Below are positions 1 to 12,669 of a stretch of DNA of 64,000 bases, one piece after another (the first letter of the stretch is position 1; every line of letters starts with the position of its first letter). Origin of the DNA: Felis catus (taxonomy: Eukaryota). The position numbers were made by a program, and so were the translations under genes. The stretch covers positions 105,712,001 through 105,776,000 of the forward strand of contig NC_058368.1 in NCBI RefSeq assembly GCF_018350175.1. Reading direction: 5' to 3'. The notes under the pieces were generated by a model. That model saw nothing but the letters and a program-made list of their open reading frames with translations, did not search any database and was not told the DNA's origin.

Positions 1-532
1 TCATAGGTGGATCTGTATCACCTACTTTAAAATAAACTAACCCTTATAGGAAACACAGGCACCTAATAAAAACTTCTGCAAACGTCTGTGGAATAAAGTA
101 TTACTATTAATGCAGTTGTAAGAGAACAGCAAGAAAAATGATAGAATGGAAGATTTCCTCATACAAACTGCTTGTGACACAAAATATAAGGTAAAAATAA
201 TGACAATACAATGAGGTAAAACAAGACCTTCGTTCCAAATCCTCAAAATTACCAAGAAGACTATGTGACATATGGATTTAAATCTATGATCATTAAATGC
301 ATGTTTTATTAAGTGTGCAAAAATATGCATCTTATATTATACAATATTCCCTTGAGGGGTACTTTTTCCAGCTATAGGATCCACAAAAACTAACAAAATA
401 AACTGAACACAGAAACAGATCTCTGATTCACTGCATCACACTGATGAACAAATATTCCCGTAATCATGTTTTAAAAAATTTTAGTACCGCCATTAAAATG
501 AAATAAAAATATTTAAAACTTTTTAAATTCTT

Positions 533-742
533 GGGGCTCCTGGGTGGCTTAGTCGGTTAAGTGTCCGACTTCAGCTCGGGTCATGATCTCACACTGTGAG
601 TTCCAGCCCCGCATCGGGCTCTGTGCCGACAGCTAAGGGCCTGGAACTCGCTTCGGATTCTGTGTCTCCCTCCCTCTCTGCACCTAACCCACTCACATTC
701 TATGTCTCTCTCAAAAATAAATAAACATTAAAAAAATTTTTT
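533..742 (+). mobile_element. CanSINE (feliform SINEC_Fc-type)
   Basis: ggggctcctgggtggcttagtcggttaag tRNA-like head, CT tract, A-rich tail; imperfect TSD aaactttttaMattc. Confidence 0.92.
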
Positions 743-1548
743 AAACTTTTTACATTCATCTATAAAAATGTCTGTTTAGTGTATGATTTAAGATTCACCT
801 AATATATTAGCAAAGTGATACATATATGATTTATGAATAAATAAGTGTGTAGAGGAAAGATGTGCTCAAATTACGTTTTGAAATGGGGCTGTGCAGTCTG
901 GTCTGTTTTAAACCATTTTATTTGCTTATACTTGCAAGAAAGATTTTTGGTGAAGAAAATGCTTCCTGGCTACATGAAGGTTTTAAAGCCAGAGTCTATA
1001 GCCCGATAAGCCCAGAGGCCTCTGTATACTCAAAAAAAGCAGTAGGCTGCAAAGCTTCAAGACCAGCCACTGGCATTCTCACATCACTCCTGCCCCTCAG
1101 CTTTCTGTGAGAAGACGGGGAGGAGAGAGCTCTTGTGTTCACACACACCCAGGAGCAGACGCCATGACGACAGACATGGGGGGCGGACTCTGCTGACTGG
1201 ACGACAGGTGGATGCACAGGTGAACAACCAGGGAGAGGCCCTTCCGACAACCGCTTTGCTATTTTGTCCTCCCTGGAGGAGGCAATCACGTGGCCTTCCA
1301 CGGGGTCCCTCGCGCAAGATACTTTCAAGTGCACTTACAATGAAAACGGGGGTAACCAGGACAACGCTGGCCTCTTTGTGTCACTGAGGCGCTCTCTAAA
1401 GATACAATGGAGGGGCTCTGAAGTTGCAACTTTTAACCAGCTAAGATTTCACATGCCGCAGACAACGTGTTAGACTTGACCCCTGATCTTTACTATCTTA
1501 GTACCAAATGAGCTGGGTTGGCTTATGTGCTTATGGAGACAGACTCAC

Positions 1549-1674
1549 CCACACAATCCTCACGTGACGGTGACAGCTCGTGTCCCAGTGGGCAGTCACA
1601 CTGAAAGCTGCCCTCCGTGTTCACACAGGTGCCACCCCTACAAAGGAGAGGGTTACGTTCACATTCGTCAATGT
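1549..1674 (-). CDS. FBN2: FBN2 exon 27, cbEGF13 (126 nt)
   Basis: (D)[41 protein letters not shown]; cag| and |gtgagt. Confidence 0.96.
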
Positions 1675-2449
1675 CTGAAAGGTAAAAACGTGAGATCCAT
1701 TAAAGAACTCTGAGGGAAAAACAGTCGCGCACACAGCATGGGAGAAAAAGAATTATTATTCGAGTTAAGTGTGACTCAAATGTAATAAGACACGGCTTTA
1801 AGAGGAGATGCGGTAATGCTCCCCTCACTTTTTCTACTACCAGTGAGTAAATGGTTAAGTTTTATTCTTAAAGAGCGAGTTATCAACGAACTTACTTGTA
1901 TGAAGCAAGCATGCTCATAAAAGATAAACAATTTGTTTCCTATCACCCTAAACTCCAGATACCGTACGTCGCCATCCATTATCAGTAATAAAACTAAAAG
2001 AAAAATCATAGGCTGATCACCTTCTGCGTCCCGTGTGGGGGAGTCCCGTGAGTCACGCAATATTAAACAGCGGGCCAAAAGGTAGGCGGTACCAAGAGAA
2101 TTTGTAATAACACACAAATAAAGAAAATAACACGGGATTTGCATGGCTGAATATAAACCTGGGGTCACCACACAGCGTCATGTGTGTTAAATGAATCCCT
2201 TGTGAGCAGTTAGTCTGTGTTGGTTTTAGATTCTATGAATAAACAGAACCCAGTCTCACTGCCGCTAAGGCGCCAAGAGGTTGGGGCTCCCCAAGAGTTA
2301 TCTAGGAGCAGATTTCCTGTCTGACATTTAAATCTGTTCTCTCTCTCACCACAGCCCCTTGCCAAGCGCGCTGTTAGCAGCTCTGAGCCCAGCCAAGGTC
2401 GAGCTATCTGGTTTCAAGGCTGCAGGGCGAAGAACTTAGGCACACTTAC

Positions 2450-2578
2450 CCATGCAGTTCTTCATCATCATGAACCCACTTTCGTAGCCTTCGAAACACT
2501 CACACTCAAAGCTGCCAGGCGTGTTGACACAGATTCCACTTCCACAGAGGTCGGGAGAAATCCTGCACTCATCAATGT
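2450..2578 (-). CDS. FBN2: FBN2 exon 26, cbEGF12 (129 nt)
   Basis: (D)[42 protein letters not shown]; tag| and |gtaagt. Confidence 0.97.
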
Positions 2579-3628
2579 CTAATGCACAGGGGTTAAAAGA
2601 AATTAAAAAATAATTGCAGGAGATGAGCAGGTATTCAAGAACAGGGAGACAGGTGCAGCCTTCCCAGGGAAGGTGTGGCACACTGGAGAGGCTGGAGAAG
2701 TCAGGGGCCGGCAGTATGCGGGTATGTTTGCAGGAGGTCGGCTAGCAGCCAACAGGGTCTTAGGCACATTCCTTTCCCCAACTGTCAAAACTGTCACAGC
2801 CAACAGGCAGGTGGTGCCTCTTTGCCTGTGAGAACTCTGGAATTGTGGATTTCTCTTTGTGGCTTGGATGAGGTTAACAGTATGAGCAGTATGAGCCAGA
2901 GAAGGCAGGCGGCCCATGAGGAAGCAGTGGGCACCTGGACTGAAGTCCCGGGTGCCAAGTGACAGTGTGACGGTTCTGAGACACTAGCCCTCGCCCACCG
3001 CGGTGGGAGTATGTTGGGGCTGCTGCCTGTGAGCAGGGGTGGCTGGCGACCACAGAGCACCCAGCCGGCCTCCGAGGCAGACGTGGCCAACGAACCTTGA
3101 GCCAGAGAGCGCACACACATGGCAGGGCCGTGAACTATGCCCCAGCATATGTTTTTTTGGTCACATTCAGATGTGAAGAGGCAACTGATACACTTTTCAA
3201 AATAAAAATAAAATACATTTGTGTTTGTTGCTCTTTACGTACTACAGTAAATAAGAATCTTCAACAGCGGTGTTTACATGATCAAAAAGATTTTCTGAGA
3301 AATATCCCATGCCTATCACTGACATTTTTTAATAGAGAAGTCATGTCTATAAAATATAATTGAGAAAACATGACGTACTTAAAAATTTTTTGGTCACAAG
3401 TATGTTTTTAGGAAAAAATGCTTTTGCTGGCATCTCTGTGGAGGAATTTTAATTCTGAAGCTTTTCTATCACAAGATTTACCAGTGATAACTTGTACATG
3501 CTCTCTTGGGGGTGTCTCAGTCTCAGAAAGTCAGAGGCTTTCTCTCGGCACTGGGGCTTTCTCTATTTCCCTAATTGCAGGCAATACTGAAAAAAATATA
3601 TAAGTACTTCCTTGCAAACAAAATTCTT

Positions 3629-3812
3629 TTTTTTTAAATTTTGAGAGAGAGAGAGAGAGAGAGGGACGGAATGAAAGCAGGGGAGGGGCAGAAAGAGAGG
3701 GAGGTTCAGCGCAGAGCCCTATGTGGGGCTCCAACTCAGGAACGGTGAGATCGTGACCTGAGCCGAAATCAAGGAGTCAGAAACTTAACTGACTGAGCCA
3801 CCCAGATGCTCC
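3629..3812 (-). mobile_element. CanSINE
   Basis: Reverse-complement head, (GA)n tract; TSD aaacaaaattctt at 3616-3628 and 3815-3827. Confidence 0.92.
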
Positions 3813-3994
3813 TTAAACAAAATTCTTCACAAAATTCAGTGATTCAATGAGACAGTTAACGATGTGCATCTTAATTCTCTTACAATCTATCAGGATCTAG
3901 AAACTGATAGCTAGAACCACATGAAGAACATGGAATAAACTTGTCGGCAGAGGAGGGACATGTTTTGGCAGCTGTGATGTGATAAGAGCTGGAC

Positions 3995-4215
3995 AGTGGT
4001 GTAGAGTGTGGACTCCAGAACCAGATACCTAGGTACCAGTGCTAGTTTTATCACCTACCAGATGAAGAGGCTTGGGAAAATCATTTCATTTCTCTGTGCC
4101 TCAATCTCCATCGCTGTAAAATGGGGAGTAGAGCACAACCCACCTGGGAGGATTAAGTGAATCACTATCTACCAAGTGCTGAGAACAGGGCCTGTCTCAT
4201 AAGAATTATACAGAG
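3995..4215 (+). mobile_element. MIR remnant
   Basis: Core-like tctctgtgcctcaatctccatcgctgtaaaatgggga...gaggattaagtga; boundaries approximate. Confidence 0.7.
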
Positions 4216-4473
4216 CACTGTATCTACATTCTCTGCTAAAAATTGGTATTTTGGGGGAGGTGGCTTTGCAGCTTGTATAGAAATTCTCATCCTTGAAGCT
4301 TGTATAGAAATTCTAACGTTAAAGAAGTGGAACCAATGGAAAGAAACGAGATAAAGTGCACCGGTGAAAAAAAATAATGCATTTCAGAATGGCGGGATCA
4401 TAGAGGTTAAAAATTAACGCAAGGACAGGGAGGACAGGTGTGATTACTAAGGATGCCAAAAGAAGATGGGCTT

Positions 4474-4681
4474 AAAAAAATTTTTTTAAATGTTTTTTTT
4501 TGGGAGACAGAGAGACAGAGTTGGGGAGGGACAGAGAGAGAGGGATACACAAAATGTGAAGCAGGCTCCAGGCTCTGACCCATCAGCACAGAGCCCGACA
4601 TCAGGTTCGAACCCATGAACCGCAGGATCACGACCTGGGCTGAAGTCAGATGCTCAACCAACTGAGCCACCCAGGTGCCCC
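4474..4681 (-). mobile_element. CanSINE
   Basis: Full length; perfect TSD aagaagatgggctt at 4460-4473 and 4682-4695. Confidence 0.94.
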
Positions 4682-6371
4682 AAGAAGATGGGCTTTATAT
4701 GCCGTGAAGAATGGCAACCAACAATGTCCCACTGTCCCTTCACATTATACACCACCACACTGCAGTGTGACCAACAAACCCGTTTCTCACACAAAGAAGG
4801 TGAATTTCAGTAAGACTGGGCTAATATCACACCAAAAAGAAAAAGGGGAGTCAGAACGGGACAAACACGGTCTTTACCCAGGTTTCAGATCATGGGAGTT
4901 GCTGAAAGTTGCTTTGTGGGGAGTAACACATGGTCATTGTTGAACATGAAAGATCAGACTGGACAATCAATGGGATGGAAAACGACGGAAAATCTGCCAT
5001 GCAGTGAGTACTGCCAAGTGTTGCCCGGTTCCCCCTTCAGGAAGGAAGGACTTACTATTTGCCTCTTCCCTTCTACTCCTGAGGGTGCGGGGGGCACAAA
5101 GTCCTGAGATGTAAACTATCTTTAGGAAATGCCTTAGCTAAGAGGACCCTTCCTTGCAGTCACACCCTTTTCTCTAGGCAGATGTATCCAAAGACTAACC
5201 ACGCAGGTCCATAAACGCCTAGGCCCTCTGCCCTAACCCACGACAGTTCTGATGGGCCAGCGTAGGTACAGCGCTTCCTGTGGGATGGGCGGAGGACCAC
5301 GTGGGGCGTCCTGATGGCCGCCCAGCAGCCCCCGCTTCTCACTTCTGCGTTCTTCCCCTCCCTCCCCTAGATGCTGAGCCCAAGAGCAATCCCTAGTGAA
5401 CTTCCTGCACATGAATCTCTGCTCTGTTTCCCGAGAGCTGGGCCTGTGCCTGCAACAGTCTTGTAGAAAGTCTTGAAGCAACTCCTGTGATGGAAGATTA
5501 CATGTAACTTCTTCCCTTGTCCAACATAGGGAGAGGTCAAAATTAAGTCTGAGGCCTCCATTCTGAGTGAAGTGATGCTACTGCCACATGCAAGGAAGCC
5601 CCGAGGGAGGGGGGGTAGGGGAGGGACAAAAGGGGGCTGAAGAGAAGAGGGGCTGCAGGACGGCAGGTGTACGTGTGGCATGGCACTCAGCCAGCACAGA
5701 GGACAGTGCTCACACGGCGGAGTCAGCTCGGCAGAGCCCGTCTGCACAGGCATGGTGCACGTGCAGTTGTGAGAGGCAGAGGACTCTAGAAATCGGCAAA
5801 GGCAAGGAGAATCGTCATAGGCACAGGAGGATGATCAAGACGGGGAGGTACGATGGAGACCAAGACAGAAGAAAATCAAGGAAGGGATGCGGCCAAGCAG
5901 AGAAGTCATGGAGAATATGCACCAACAGAAAGAGATTTTTTTCAATTCCACGAAGGTGTTTCGTGAGAGAACGTACATGTGCCTGAATGAGGGACAGCAA
6001 AAGTCAAAACTACATGGGCTCTTCGGGAGAGAGACGTGAGAGATAAACGCTGGGACACAGGGTGGCAGCATGAGAGAAAAGATGGCAGGGGAAACGGCGT
6101 GATTGTTCTCAGGTCCAGGGAAAGCAAAAGGAAAGAGGGCAATTCACTGTAGAGAGAGGGGGGAGCCTGCTGACCAGGGCTGGAGCAGGAGCAGCGGAGG
6201 GGAAGGAACAGGGAGGAGTGGAAAACTGTGGACGAGGCAATGTCACTTCCACAGAGAGGTGCGTGCAGGAAGGGTTCTGGCCACAGGAGTGATGTCCAGG
6301 GAGAAGAAAGGCAGTGAGCAGGCATCTGAGAGAGTGTGTGGACCAGAAGAGGTTCAGAAGTGGAGCAGAGA

Positions 6372-6580
6372 GGGGGTGGTCGGTGAAGCATCCGACTCTT
6401 AATTTCAGCTCAGGTCATGACCTCAAGGTGGTGGGATCCAGCCCCACGTCAGGCTCTGTGCTGACAGCACAAAGCCAGCTTGGGATTCTCTCTCTCTTTC
6501 TCTTTCTGCCCCTTCCTCTCTACCTTTCTCTCTCTCTCTTTCCCTCTCAAAAATAAATAAATAAACTTAAAAAAAAAAAA
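6372..6580 (+). mobile_element. CanSINE with deletion in the 5' head (A-box region)
   Basis: ggggtggtcggtgaagcatccgactc head, CT tract, poly(A); TSD aagtRgagcagaga. Confidence 0.88.
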
Positions 6581-7407
6581 GTAGAGCAGAGACTCAGAGG
6601 CATGAGAGGTGAACAGCGTCACTGAGACATGTTGAAGGCAGATGCGTGAGGTACAGGCAGGTCTCCACAGACCAGCCACCTGAGCACCAAGCAGGAAAAC
6701 CACGTGCGGGTGAGGAGCTGGGCAGCAGGGGAGGCAGACAGTTGGGAAATGCGCCAGGGGGGTCTAGGTGGGGTGGGGACTTAGGGACTCCAGTACCTTG
6801 TGCAACACGAAGTGAGGAAGGAGTCACAAGCACGTTTCAGTGGAGATCATGAAGCAGCGACAAGGGTGAGGACAGCAGAGAAGGAAACATTCCCAGGAGA
6901 ATATGAATAAAGAGGCTTTTGAAAATAAGATTTTGGATGTCTATTTCAAGAGTTCGGAATAATTTATTTAATATGATAGAAAAATTTGGATTTTCTCATC
7001 TTTTCAAACTAAAGGGAGCAGATATCAATAGGGATATGGATGGCGACTGGATAGTAATTACTAAGAAAACTCTTTAAAGATGAGGAAAATAAGTTACAAC
7101 AGCTCTATTCAAAACGTTAACATTTTTAAATAGATACTACATATCATTTATATAATTGTTGATTGCTACAGTCTTGAGTCTTCATTATTCTGAAAATCAA
7201 ATTTTTATGTTTCTCTTGAGGTAAGACAAAATAGTGTTTTCATGCTACTTACTGTGTAGCTCTTACAAGACCTTGTTTGGAGAAGTGATTTAAGAGCAGA
7301 GGGAAAAAAACAAAAAACACAACATGGACTTTGGAAGGCAGGACTTTCCAACCGAGCAAAAGAAAGAGAGCAAGTGTTTGCCAAATACAACACAAGAGCA
7401 GACTCAC

Positions 7408-7533
7408 CTGTGCAGTTTCTTTCCTCCACGTCCAGAGCAAAGCCACTGTTACAACGGCACTTGAAACTCCCAATGGTATTTCTGCACTTTCCATAGGTGC
7501 ACATCCCAGGAAAAGCTTTGCATTCATTGATAT
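7408..7533 (-). CDS. FBN2: FBN2 exon 25, cbEGF11 (126 nt)
   Basis: (D)[41 protein letters not shown]; tag| and |gtgagt. Confidence 0.97.
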
Positions 7534-8061
7534 CTAAAAGCGGGACAAAGCAGGAACGTTGAGCCGGCTGGTACTAAAAGAACGGGTTCACCGGTTAAAG
7601 CTGAAAATCTATCACAATGGAAAGTAACATACCCAACTAAAAAAAGGGGGCTCAAAATTTTTGGCGATCACGTGGATGCCACACAGAACGTTTCAAAAGT
7701 AAAAAGATTCTGCATTTGAAGAGTTCTGACCTCTTCCTTTCTGACCAATTGTCTGGTAAGGTTTAGGGGGATAGGGAACATTTCACTACACCAGGGCCCC
7801 ATCTGGTCAGGCTGTGCTAAGGACAGAAGAGGTGCATGTGCAAAGATGTAGGAAATGTGAGATTAGTGGCATGTTTTACATCTTTACTTCACTACCAACC
7901 TATATAGGTGATTTATATTCTGGGGCCATAAGGCAGGCCACAGGTCACGTTTAACAAAGAAAATGAAGTGGCAAATCATATGCTTAAAGCAAAATCAATT
8001 CTGAGAGAATACGGGGGGTGAGCCTGAAGTGTAGGGAAATCAACATGACCCTGACGGTTAC

Positions 8062-8289
8062 CTTTGTAAAATGGCCGCCCCGTAAGAACGTCCCCTCTGT
8101 TGGCAAAGCCGGGCCCCCGGGGGCACAGGGTCTCATACTCCTTGGTGCCAGGTTTGGGGCATTCCTCACACTCGGTGCCCCAAGCTGCGCCAACTGCACA
8201 GCAGCAGGCATCCATGCGGAACTTTCCAGGAACAGGATGGACACACTCATCTTCATCCCACTTCAAGTAACACTGCTCCATGCGGATGT
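8062..8289 (-). CDS. FBN2: FBN2 exon 24, TB3 with RGD (228 nt)
   Basis: (D)[75 protein letters not shown]; tag| and |gtaacc. Confidence 0.97.
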
Positions 8290-10574
8290 CTACATGGCAA
8301 ATGAAATCACAGTTTGAGACTAAGATGTCACATTCATCAATGGTTCATAAAGTGAGTTTTTGCTTGGCACCTGGCATGATGCCAAGCTCTGGAGATAAAA
8401 TCATGGATGAGAGACAGGGTCCCTGACCTCCTGGAATGGACTTCGTAATTCATAGTCATTTAAAGAGAACAAAGGTGGGTTTTTCAGGAAGAAAAGGTTC
8501 CCTTGTGACATGACTCCTTCATATCATCACCCATGATCCCTTTTTTGTATTGCTCATTTGAGAAAGAATAAGATAATTTGAATGACATACTCTTCTTGTT
8601 CACTAAATTGCTTACAGGGGCTTGTGACCAGCTGTCATGTCCTAATCAGAAACAACAAATGATCAACCGTTATCTATGTGCCAAATTGGGACAAGTACTA
8701 TAACAGCTTTACAAAGGAAAAAAAGTATTTTTGCATTTCAAGTTACTTTTTTTTTTTCCTGGTCAAATTTACCTTTTGTATCATGGTTTTTGTCCTGCAT
8801 TATGTAAATCTGCCCTAGTAAGGGGCCAAATTATTTGCTTAAATGTCAAATTTTCCCTTTAATCTTGAAACATACCAGGACCTTAGATCAATCAAGAGTC
8901 ACAAGATAAGATAAATTAGCATGGTGTGTAAATCACACATTTATCTATTAGTCAACAGAGTTGTTGGTCAAACTACAGTCAAACATTTGGCTATACGGAT
9001 AATGGATACTTGGCTAAATATGGATAATGAGATCAAAAAGGTTTTCCTTAATCACATAGTATGTTTTATTTGATATTGGCATTTCAAGGTATCAAATCCT
9101 TTCCTAAACCTCACAACTGTTTAACAGAGAATAAGAGATCCCTAATGGAAATATAAATATAAAGAAATAAATATGTTTACTATTTTAGTTCCTGTCAATA
9201 CTGGGTCTTTCAAGTGCTCAAGCAAAGGCACCATAAACTTTAGCAACCTCCTTTAGCTCATAGTTACAAACATTTCCAAGGATGGTAATTACAAAGTCCT
9301 ATTTTTAAAGAAATAAATCACTGTGGTAAATTTTCATTTTGACTTGGTAGACTGACTACAGGTATTCAGAATAGGGGATTCTGACTTCTATATCCGCACC
9401 AACACCAATTCCAAAGCCATGCTCTCTGGTAGTGTGAGGTACAACAGTAATCCATAGAGTCTCATGACCTCCAGGCATCCAGGGGCTGTTCTCAGTCACA
9501 GCCAACCCCATCTAATACTGTTGCCAGGGCAGTAAGGATCTTAACAAGATATGTAAGTTTTATTTAGGTACCCTGAGAACTATGGACTGAGTCAAACTGT
9601 TTCTGAGGTCATTGAAGTAATTTGCTCAAGAAGCAAGATTAGCTTAAAAAAATAAAATAAATATAAAGCATTTGAACTTAATATGTGAAAAGTTATGAGA
9701 GGCTGGCAGAGTAATCCTGTGTCTTTGCTACACAGATCCATATCAATATCTGCCTCAGGAATCAAAACACTGTACATTGGCCACATCTGGCCTGGGAATG
9801 TTTTTACTGACTGGCAGAGAAATTAGAATATGCATTTGGAAACTCTGGGATAGTATATGCTCTCTATCTAGAGTTTGCAGTGGTCCTCAAGACTCCTATT
9901 ATCACCTCACTCATTGAAGTTACCCGCCTAGCCCCTGAAAGTATTCGAATTTGGAACCCTGATTTAGATCAGTTTCTATCAAAGTGGTTTTCCTCTACTT
10001 TTGTTCTCAGGATATTTTACATTTTCAAATGTTAGTCTCTTCTTGAAACTTCCTCATGTCCGGAGCCACAGTGCATTTTTGTAGAATAGTTTAAGTAGTG
10101 CCAAAAACATTTAACCCAAGTGCGAGAATGAAGACTTCAATGCATCCTTTTAGAATATTATAAAAGGTTTGATTTTGAATAATATTATTGGGAACATACT
10201 TTGTTGAGTGATAATTTACAATTACTAATATATCTCTTCAGGTATAGAATTCTTTGGTTACTGAAAGCAATTTGATGTATTAGTCATTCGACCAATACGG
10301 ATACTGTTATTTGGCATCTTCAAAAGATACTTTCTTAGATAATTTAACAACAAAAATCTGAAAAGAATTTTCTTTTATTATTGGACTTTGGATATTATCA
10401 TTTCTAACCAGTTCCGTATGATTTTATAGTCATACTTTGTAGCCTAATTTAAATATACTATTAAAATTAACTTAAAATGAAATCTGTGTCAATTATAATA
10501 ACTAATCTGTATGATATGTTGCAAACAGTTTTTACTACTAATTTAAAAAATCACCGATACATTTAAATACCTTA

Positions 10575-10794
10575 GGGGCACCTGGGTGGCTCAGTCAGTT
10601 GAGCTTCCTCCTCCTGATTTCAGCTCAGGTCATGATTCCAAGGTCATGAGATCAAGCCCCACGCTGGTTCCGCACTAAGTGTGGACCTGCTTAAGATTCT
10701 CTATTCCTTTCTCTCTCTCTCTTTCCCCCCCCTTTGCCCTCCCCCACTTGCTTGTTCTCTAAAATAAAATTTAAAAAATAAAATAAATAAAAAT
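10575..10794 (+). mobile_element. CanSINE
   Basis: ggggcacctgggtggctcagtcagttgagc head; TSD aaatacctta. Confidence 0.92.
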
Positions 10795-11202
10795 AAATAC
10801 CTTAAAGATATCTATCAATGCTCATGCGTTGTGTACAAGCTTAAATTACAAATATAAACCTATAAATAAAAACCTATAAACCTATATAAGCTTATATAAA
10901 CCTATAAGCCTATGAATAAAAAGTTATTTTAGAAAATAAAAACTTACTGTTCTATAGCATGTTGGGAAATCCCATAATTAAATAAAAAACTGCTTAGATA
11001 CAATACAGGGTTAAGAAAAGTTTCTTTTTCATTAATCAAACTCTGATTCAGGCAAAATGACACTGATAATGATAACGTCAATTACGTATTTCTGTACTAA
11101 TGATGTTGAAAGAAAGAGCTCCCTCATTTTAGATTTTTAGAAAATAAAGCATTAGGAAAATTTAAACTCTCAGGTGGTAAAGGAAGGACTAGGATCAGGC
11201 AA

Positions 11203-11229
11203 TTTTTTTTGATTAAGTTTATTTATTTT

Positions 11230-11261
<32 letters not shown>

Positions 11262-11421
11262 ATAAGTGGGGGAGCGGCAGAGAGACAGGAAGAGAGAATC
11301 CCAAGCATGCTCCGAGAGTCCCTGCAGAGCCCGTCGTGGGAGGAACTCACAAACCGTAAGATTATGAGCTGAGCCAAGATCAAGGGTCAGTTGCCCAACC
11401 AACTGTACCACCCAGGTGCCC
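11203..11421 (-). mobile_element. CanSINE (older)
   Basis: Reverse-complement head at ~11421, (GA)n tract; TSD atcWggcaat. Confidence 0.9.
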
Positions 11422-11433
11422 TATCTGGCAATG

Positions 11434-11665
11434 TTTTTATTTTTATTTTTTTTATTTATTTTTTTATTTTTTTTATTTTTGGGACAGAGAGAGACAGAGC
11501 ATGAACGGGGGAGGGGCAGAGAGAGAGGGAGACACAGAATCGGAAACAGGCTCCAGGCTCTGAGCCATCAGCCCAGAGCCTGATGCGGGGCTCGAACTCA
11601 CGGACCGCGAGATCGTGACCTGGCTGAAGTCGGATGCTTAACCGACTGCGCCACCCAGGCGCCCC
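11434..11665 (-). mobile_element. CanSINE, young felid subfamily
   Basis: Near-identical to copies at 13971, 21799, 54778 and 58812; CpGs retained. Confidence 0.95.
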
Positions 11666-12089
11666 TTAAAAAAGAAACAATAACCTTACCCAGGACTTCC
11701 TCACTGTCTTCTCTAAGAGTGTAACTTCAATGACCTGATAAACATTGACTCCAAACACTAGTCTCCAATTTTTCTTTTATGTTGAAAATATAGATAGTTT
11801 TCTTACTCCACTGGCCAATGTGAAAGACTGACCCTGCCCGAAATACCTGATTAAAGAAACTGACTTTTGAGATAACTGTTGAGCAGTTCCAACTTTCTGT
11901 ATTACACAGGAACCATGTCACTTAAACAGTCACTTTAAAAATAACGTCTAGTGATTTTCCTTCCAAATATCCCACTTAAGTCCTGTTTCCAGCTATAGAC
12001 TCAATGGTTTTGAATCGGTCAATGCCCAAGAAATAAGAAAAATTCATTGCTGGTTTCATGCATCAAATCCATGAGGATGTGAGTCTTAC

Positions 12090-12215
12090 CCAGACACACA
12101 CGGCCAGTTCCATCCAACGTAAGGCCTTCAGGGCACTCACAATGAAAAGATCCTTTGCTATTGACGCAGCGTCCATTTGGACAAACGCCAGGAAATACCT
12201 CACACTCGTTAACGT
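12090..12215 (-). CDS. FBN2: FBN2 exon 23, cbEGF10 (126 nt)
   Basis: (D)[41 protein letters not shown]; cag| and |gtaaga. Confidence 0.97.
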
Positions 12216-12669
12216 CTGCAGGGAAATGAAGCAAGCAGAGGGATAAAAGATGTTAGAAATAGAAAAAGCAGGTGTAGTCTTCCCATATAGCAGATTCAAT
12301 CTGCAACACAATGTGGATTATTACTTGGCCTGAACAGAAATATTTCACAGTGCAACCACTGGGTTTCCTAGGCACCAGCTGTGAAAATGACCACGGCCTT
12401 GCCCATCCATAAAACAGCCCAGACACACTCCCTTCCCAGCTGTTTTGTGCCTTGACACCTAACGGTGTCCCCATGAAAATTTACCCACCAGCATAAAAGA
12501 GGAGAAATGGGGGAACTCTAAGCTGTTTTCCAAGAGTATTATTACAAAGCATTTGTTGATTCATTGTTTTTATTGTACTGAGGTTTTTAAGAATGATAAA
12601 TCTCTGAAGTGAACGTCAACGTGATATACTGCTCTAAACACTTACAGTATCGTCCAAGTATACACTCAC

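Noticed and set aside
4270..4314. 18-bp direct repeat agcttgtatagaaattct with a short spacer; similar two- or three-copy repeats at ~8990, 15745, 36717 and 36852
   Set aside because: Local duplications with too few copies and no constant repeat-spacer array; not CRISPR-like, and the context is a mammalian intron.
5367..6402. Overlapping ORFs of 128-149 aa on both strands in intron 25
   Set aside because: Low-complexity products of purine-skewed, GC-rich, probably old repeat-derived sequence; no recognisable domain.
1968..7047. Inverted 12-mer match atggatggcgac (1968-1979 and 7036-7047) flanking exon 26
   Set aside because: 12-mer matches are expected by chance in 64 kb and it does not extend.
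10850..10920. Degenerate (ataaacct)n run containing TATA-like words
   Set aside because: Low-complexity minisatellite beside a SINE tail; no promoter context.
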